Assembly (NCBI GenBank): GCA_012798695.1
Contig: JAAZMR010000028.1
Coordinates: forward strand, 57,168-121,167
DNA length: 64,000 bases
Source: Bacillota bacterium
GTDB lineage: Bacteria > Bacillota > Limnochordia > DTU087
Direction: 5' to 3'
Shown: one piece after another, positions 62,582-64,000 of the stretch
How positions within the stretch are numbered: position 1 is the stretch's first letter
Layout of the letters: each line of letters opens with the position of its first letter
Position numbers and translations under genes: made by a program
The notes under the pieces: generated by a model
Databases searched by the model: none
What the model saw: only the letters and a program-made list of their open reading frames with translations
Told to the model about the DNA's origin: nothing

Positions 62582-63238
62582 ATGCCCAAGAAGCACCGGC
62601 GCGGTGGTGTAAAACAGCAACACTCTATTGTTCCTGGTATACGCAAGCGGCTCCAAAAAATCGCAGCATGCCCTTATGTGCGGGCGGTCACGCCTGGCCG
62701 TATTTCCGCGGCCGTTGGCAGCCAGCAACCGATGATCGTGTTCCAATATTTCCAAAAGACAGGAATGAAGCTCAGCGGAAAAGTTCCGGGAGCCGTACAA
62801 GAGATCTTCGTAGTCAGCTCCAACAAAGAAGCTGCTCTCAACTGGCTGGTAACTGCCGAGCTGGTTCTTTTGGAGGAAAACCGACCAGGAAAAGCTTACA
62901 GCCAGCGCAAAACCAAGCCTGCCAATGAGGAAATCCATCTTGCTCCAGAGGCTTCCCCTGATACCATTCAGCGATATATGCAATCACCTAGCTCAAACTT
63001 CAGACCCCTAGAAGTGCCTATTGGTGAGCGAATGAATGGCCAGATCCGCCGCTTTAGAGATGAGCTGATCCGACAAGAGAAAAAGGAAAAACAAGCAGCC
63101 CTCTCAGCCAAGCGGAAACGGCCAAAAGAGCCCCACACCTCATCTGCCACACCTGTCACCATGGAGGAGTGGCTTGAGGCAGCCGATACGCAAGATACTG
63201 CTTACTGGCAAAAGATCAAGGCCCAGAAGGGCCCGTGA
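62582..63238 (+). CDS. DUF2103-family protein with long charged C-terminal extension
   Basis: KQQHSIVPGI, V.AVTPGRI, TGMKL, AVQEIFVV; start at MPKKHR. Confidence 0.65.
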   Translation: MPKKHRRGGVKQQHSIVPGIRKRLQKIAACPYVRAVTPGRISAAVGSQQPMIVFQYFQKTGMKLSGKVPGAVQEIFVVSSNKEAALNWLVTAELVLLEENRPGKAYSQRKTKPANEEIHLAPEASPDTIQRYMQSPSSNFRPLEVPIGERMNGQIRRFRDELIRQEKKEKQAALSAKRKRPKEPHTSSATPVTMEEWLEAADTQDTAYWQKIKAQKGP

Positions 63239-63244
63239 GTCTGC

Positions 63245-64000
63245 TTATTTTGGCCGGTTGCGTTGGCTGCGATCGAGCACAGCCTTCCGCAGGCGGATAC
63301 TCTTAGGCGTAATCTCCACTAGCTCATCTTCAGCCACAAAGGCCAGAGCCTCCTCCAAGGAAAAAATACGCGGTTCATCGATCTTCGGTGCAATATCTGC
63401 CGTAGCTGACCGCATATTGGTGACATGCTTTTTCTTGGCTATGTTGACATCGAGATCATTCTCCCGACAGTTTTCACCGATAATCATTCCTTCATATACC
63501 ATAGTGCCCGGCCGGATAAAGAGTATGCCTCTCTCTTGAATGTTATTGATCGCATAGGCAGTGGCTTCCCCTGTTTCCCAAGCTACCAGGGCTCCACTGG
63601 TTCGCTGGGAGATATCTCCCCGGTAGGGGCCATATCCGTAAAAGGTATAGTGCATTACACCATTGCCCTTGGTTTCTGTGAGAAACTCAGAGGCAAAACC
63701 AATCAGCCCTCGGGTAGGAACTGTAAATTCCAGTTTCAACCGATTGTCACCCATCTGGGACATATTAAGCAGCTCGCCACGGCGGGTCCCGAGATTATCC
63801 ATAACTACCCCCAGATATTCCGTGGGTATGTCCACGACCAAGCGCTCCAAGGGCTCCATGATACCGGCATCTGACTCATGGAGAATCACCTGGGGCTTGG
63901 AGACAGCCATCTCGTAGCCTTCCCGCCTCATGTTCTCAATCAAGATAGAAAGATGCAATTCCCCTCTACCAGCTACCTCAAACACATCGGGGCTATCGGT
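63245..64000 (-). CDS. typA: Translational GTPase TypA/BipA (3' part, runs off the window)
   Basis: VAGRGELHLSILIENMRREGYE, PTRGLIG, VYEGMIIGE, KHVTNMRS, DELVEITPKSIRLRK. Confidence 0.97.
   Translation of the reverse strand, partial: TDSPDVFEVAGRGELHLSILIENMRREGYEMAVSKPQVILHESDAGIMEPLERLVVDIPTEYLGVVMDNLGTRRGELLNMSQMGDNRLKLEFTVPTRGLIGFASEFLTETKGNGVMHYTFYGYGPYRGDISQRTSGALVAWETGEATAYAINNIQERGILFIRPGTMVYEGMIIGENCRENDLDVNIAKKKHVTNMRSATADIAPKIDEPRIFSLEEALAFVAEDELVEITPKSIRLRKAVLDRSQRNRPK

Noticed and set aside
1-64000. CRISPR arrays, prophage genes, rRNA, long tandem repeats
   Set aside because: None seen; intergenic regions are short and accounted for by promoters, leaders and terminators.

Overview
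This 64 kb window comes from a roughly 50% GC, sporulation-competent Firmicute (Bacillota). The lineage is unnamed; a non-lipoprotein solute-binding protein hints at a diderm group such as Limnochordia. Positions 1-35.6 kb carry the conserved minus-strand core region (ctsR-mcsA-mcsB-clpC-radA-disA-carD-PIN/TRAM-ispDF ... cysS-mrnC-rlmB-sigH-rpmG-secE-nusG-rplK-rplA-rplJ-rplL-rpoB-rpoC-L7Ae-rpsL-rpsG-fusA-tuf), with L10 and L1 leader elements, a CtsR box and several sigma-A promoters. The usual gltX/cysE position holds a comA + YeiH + DUF441 + DUF1002 + RlpA block instead. The main candidate for an undescribed system is a tightly coupled nine-gene operon at 38.2-48.2 kb: archaeal-type GAPDH, archaeal-type PGK, a LarA-family racemase, a split transketolase, then iolB-iolD-iolE-iolG. 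It has no iolC, iolJ or iolA. All four non-iol enzymes carry substitutions at phosphate- or side-chain-binding positions. Together they suggest a new lower myo-inositol pathway: transketolase cleaves 5-dehydro-2-deoxygluconate to (R)-malate semialdehyde, which goes to malyl-phosphate, then D-malate + ATP, then L-malate. This pathway is inferred, not demonstrated. An IS3 remnant and a divergent sugar ABC importer flank the operon. Further on are araB, an orphan parA, a split class I fumarase, a GT4 + membrane protein pair, a NadE lacking the glutaminase cysteine, DUF2103 and the 3' part of typA. No tRNA, rRNA or CRISPR array was seen.
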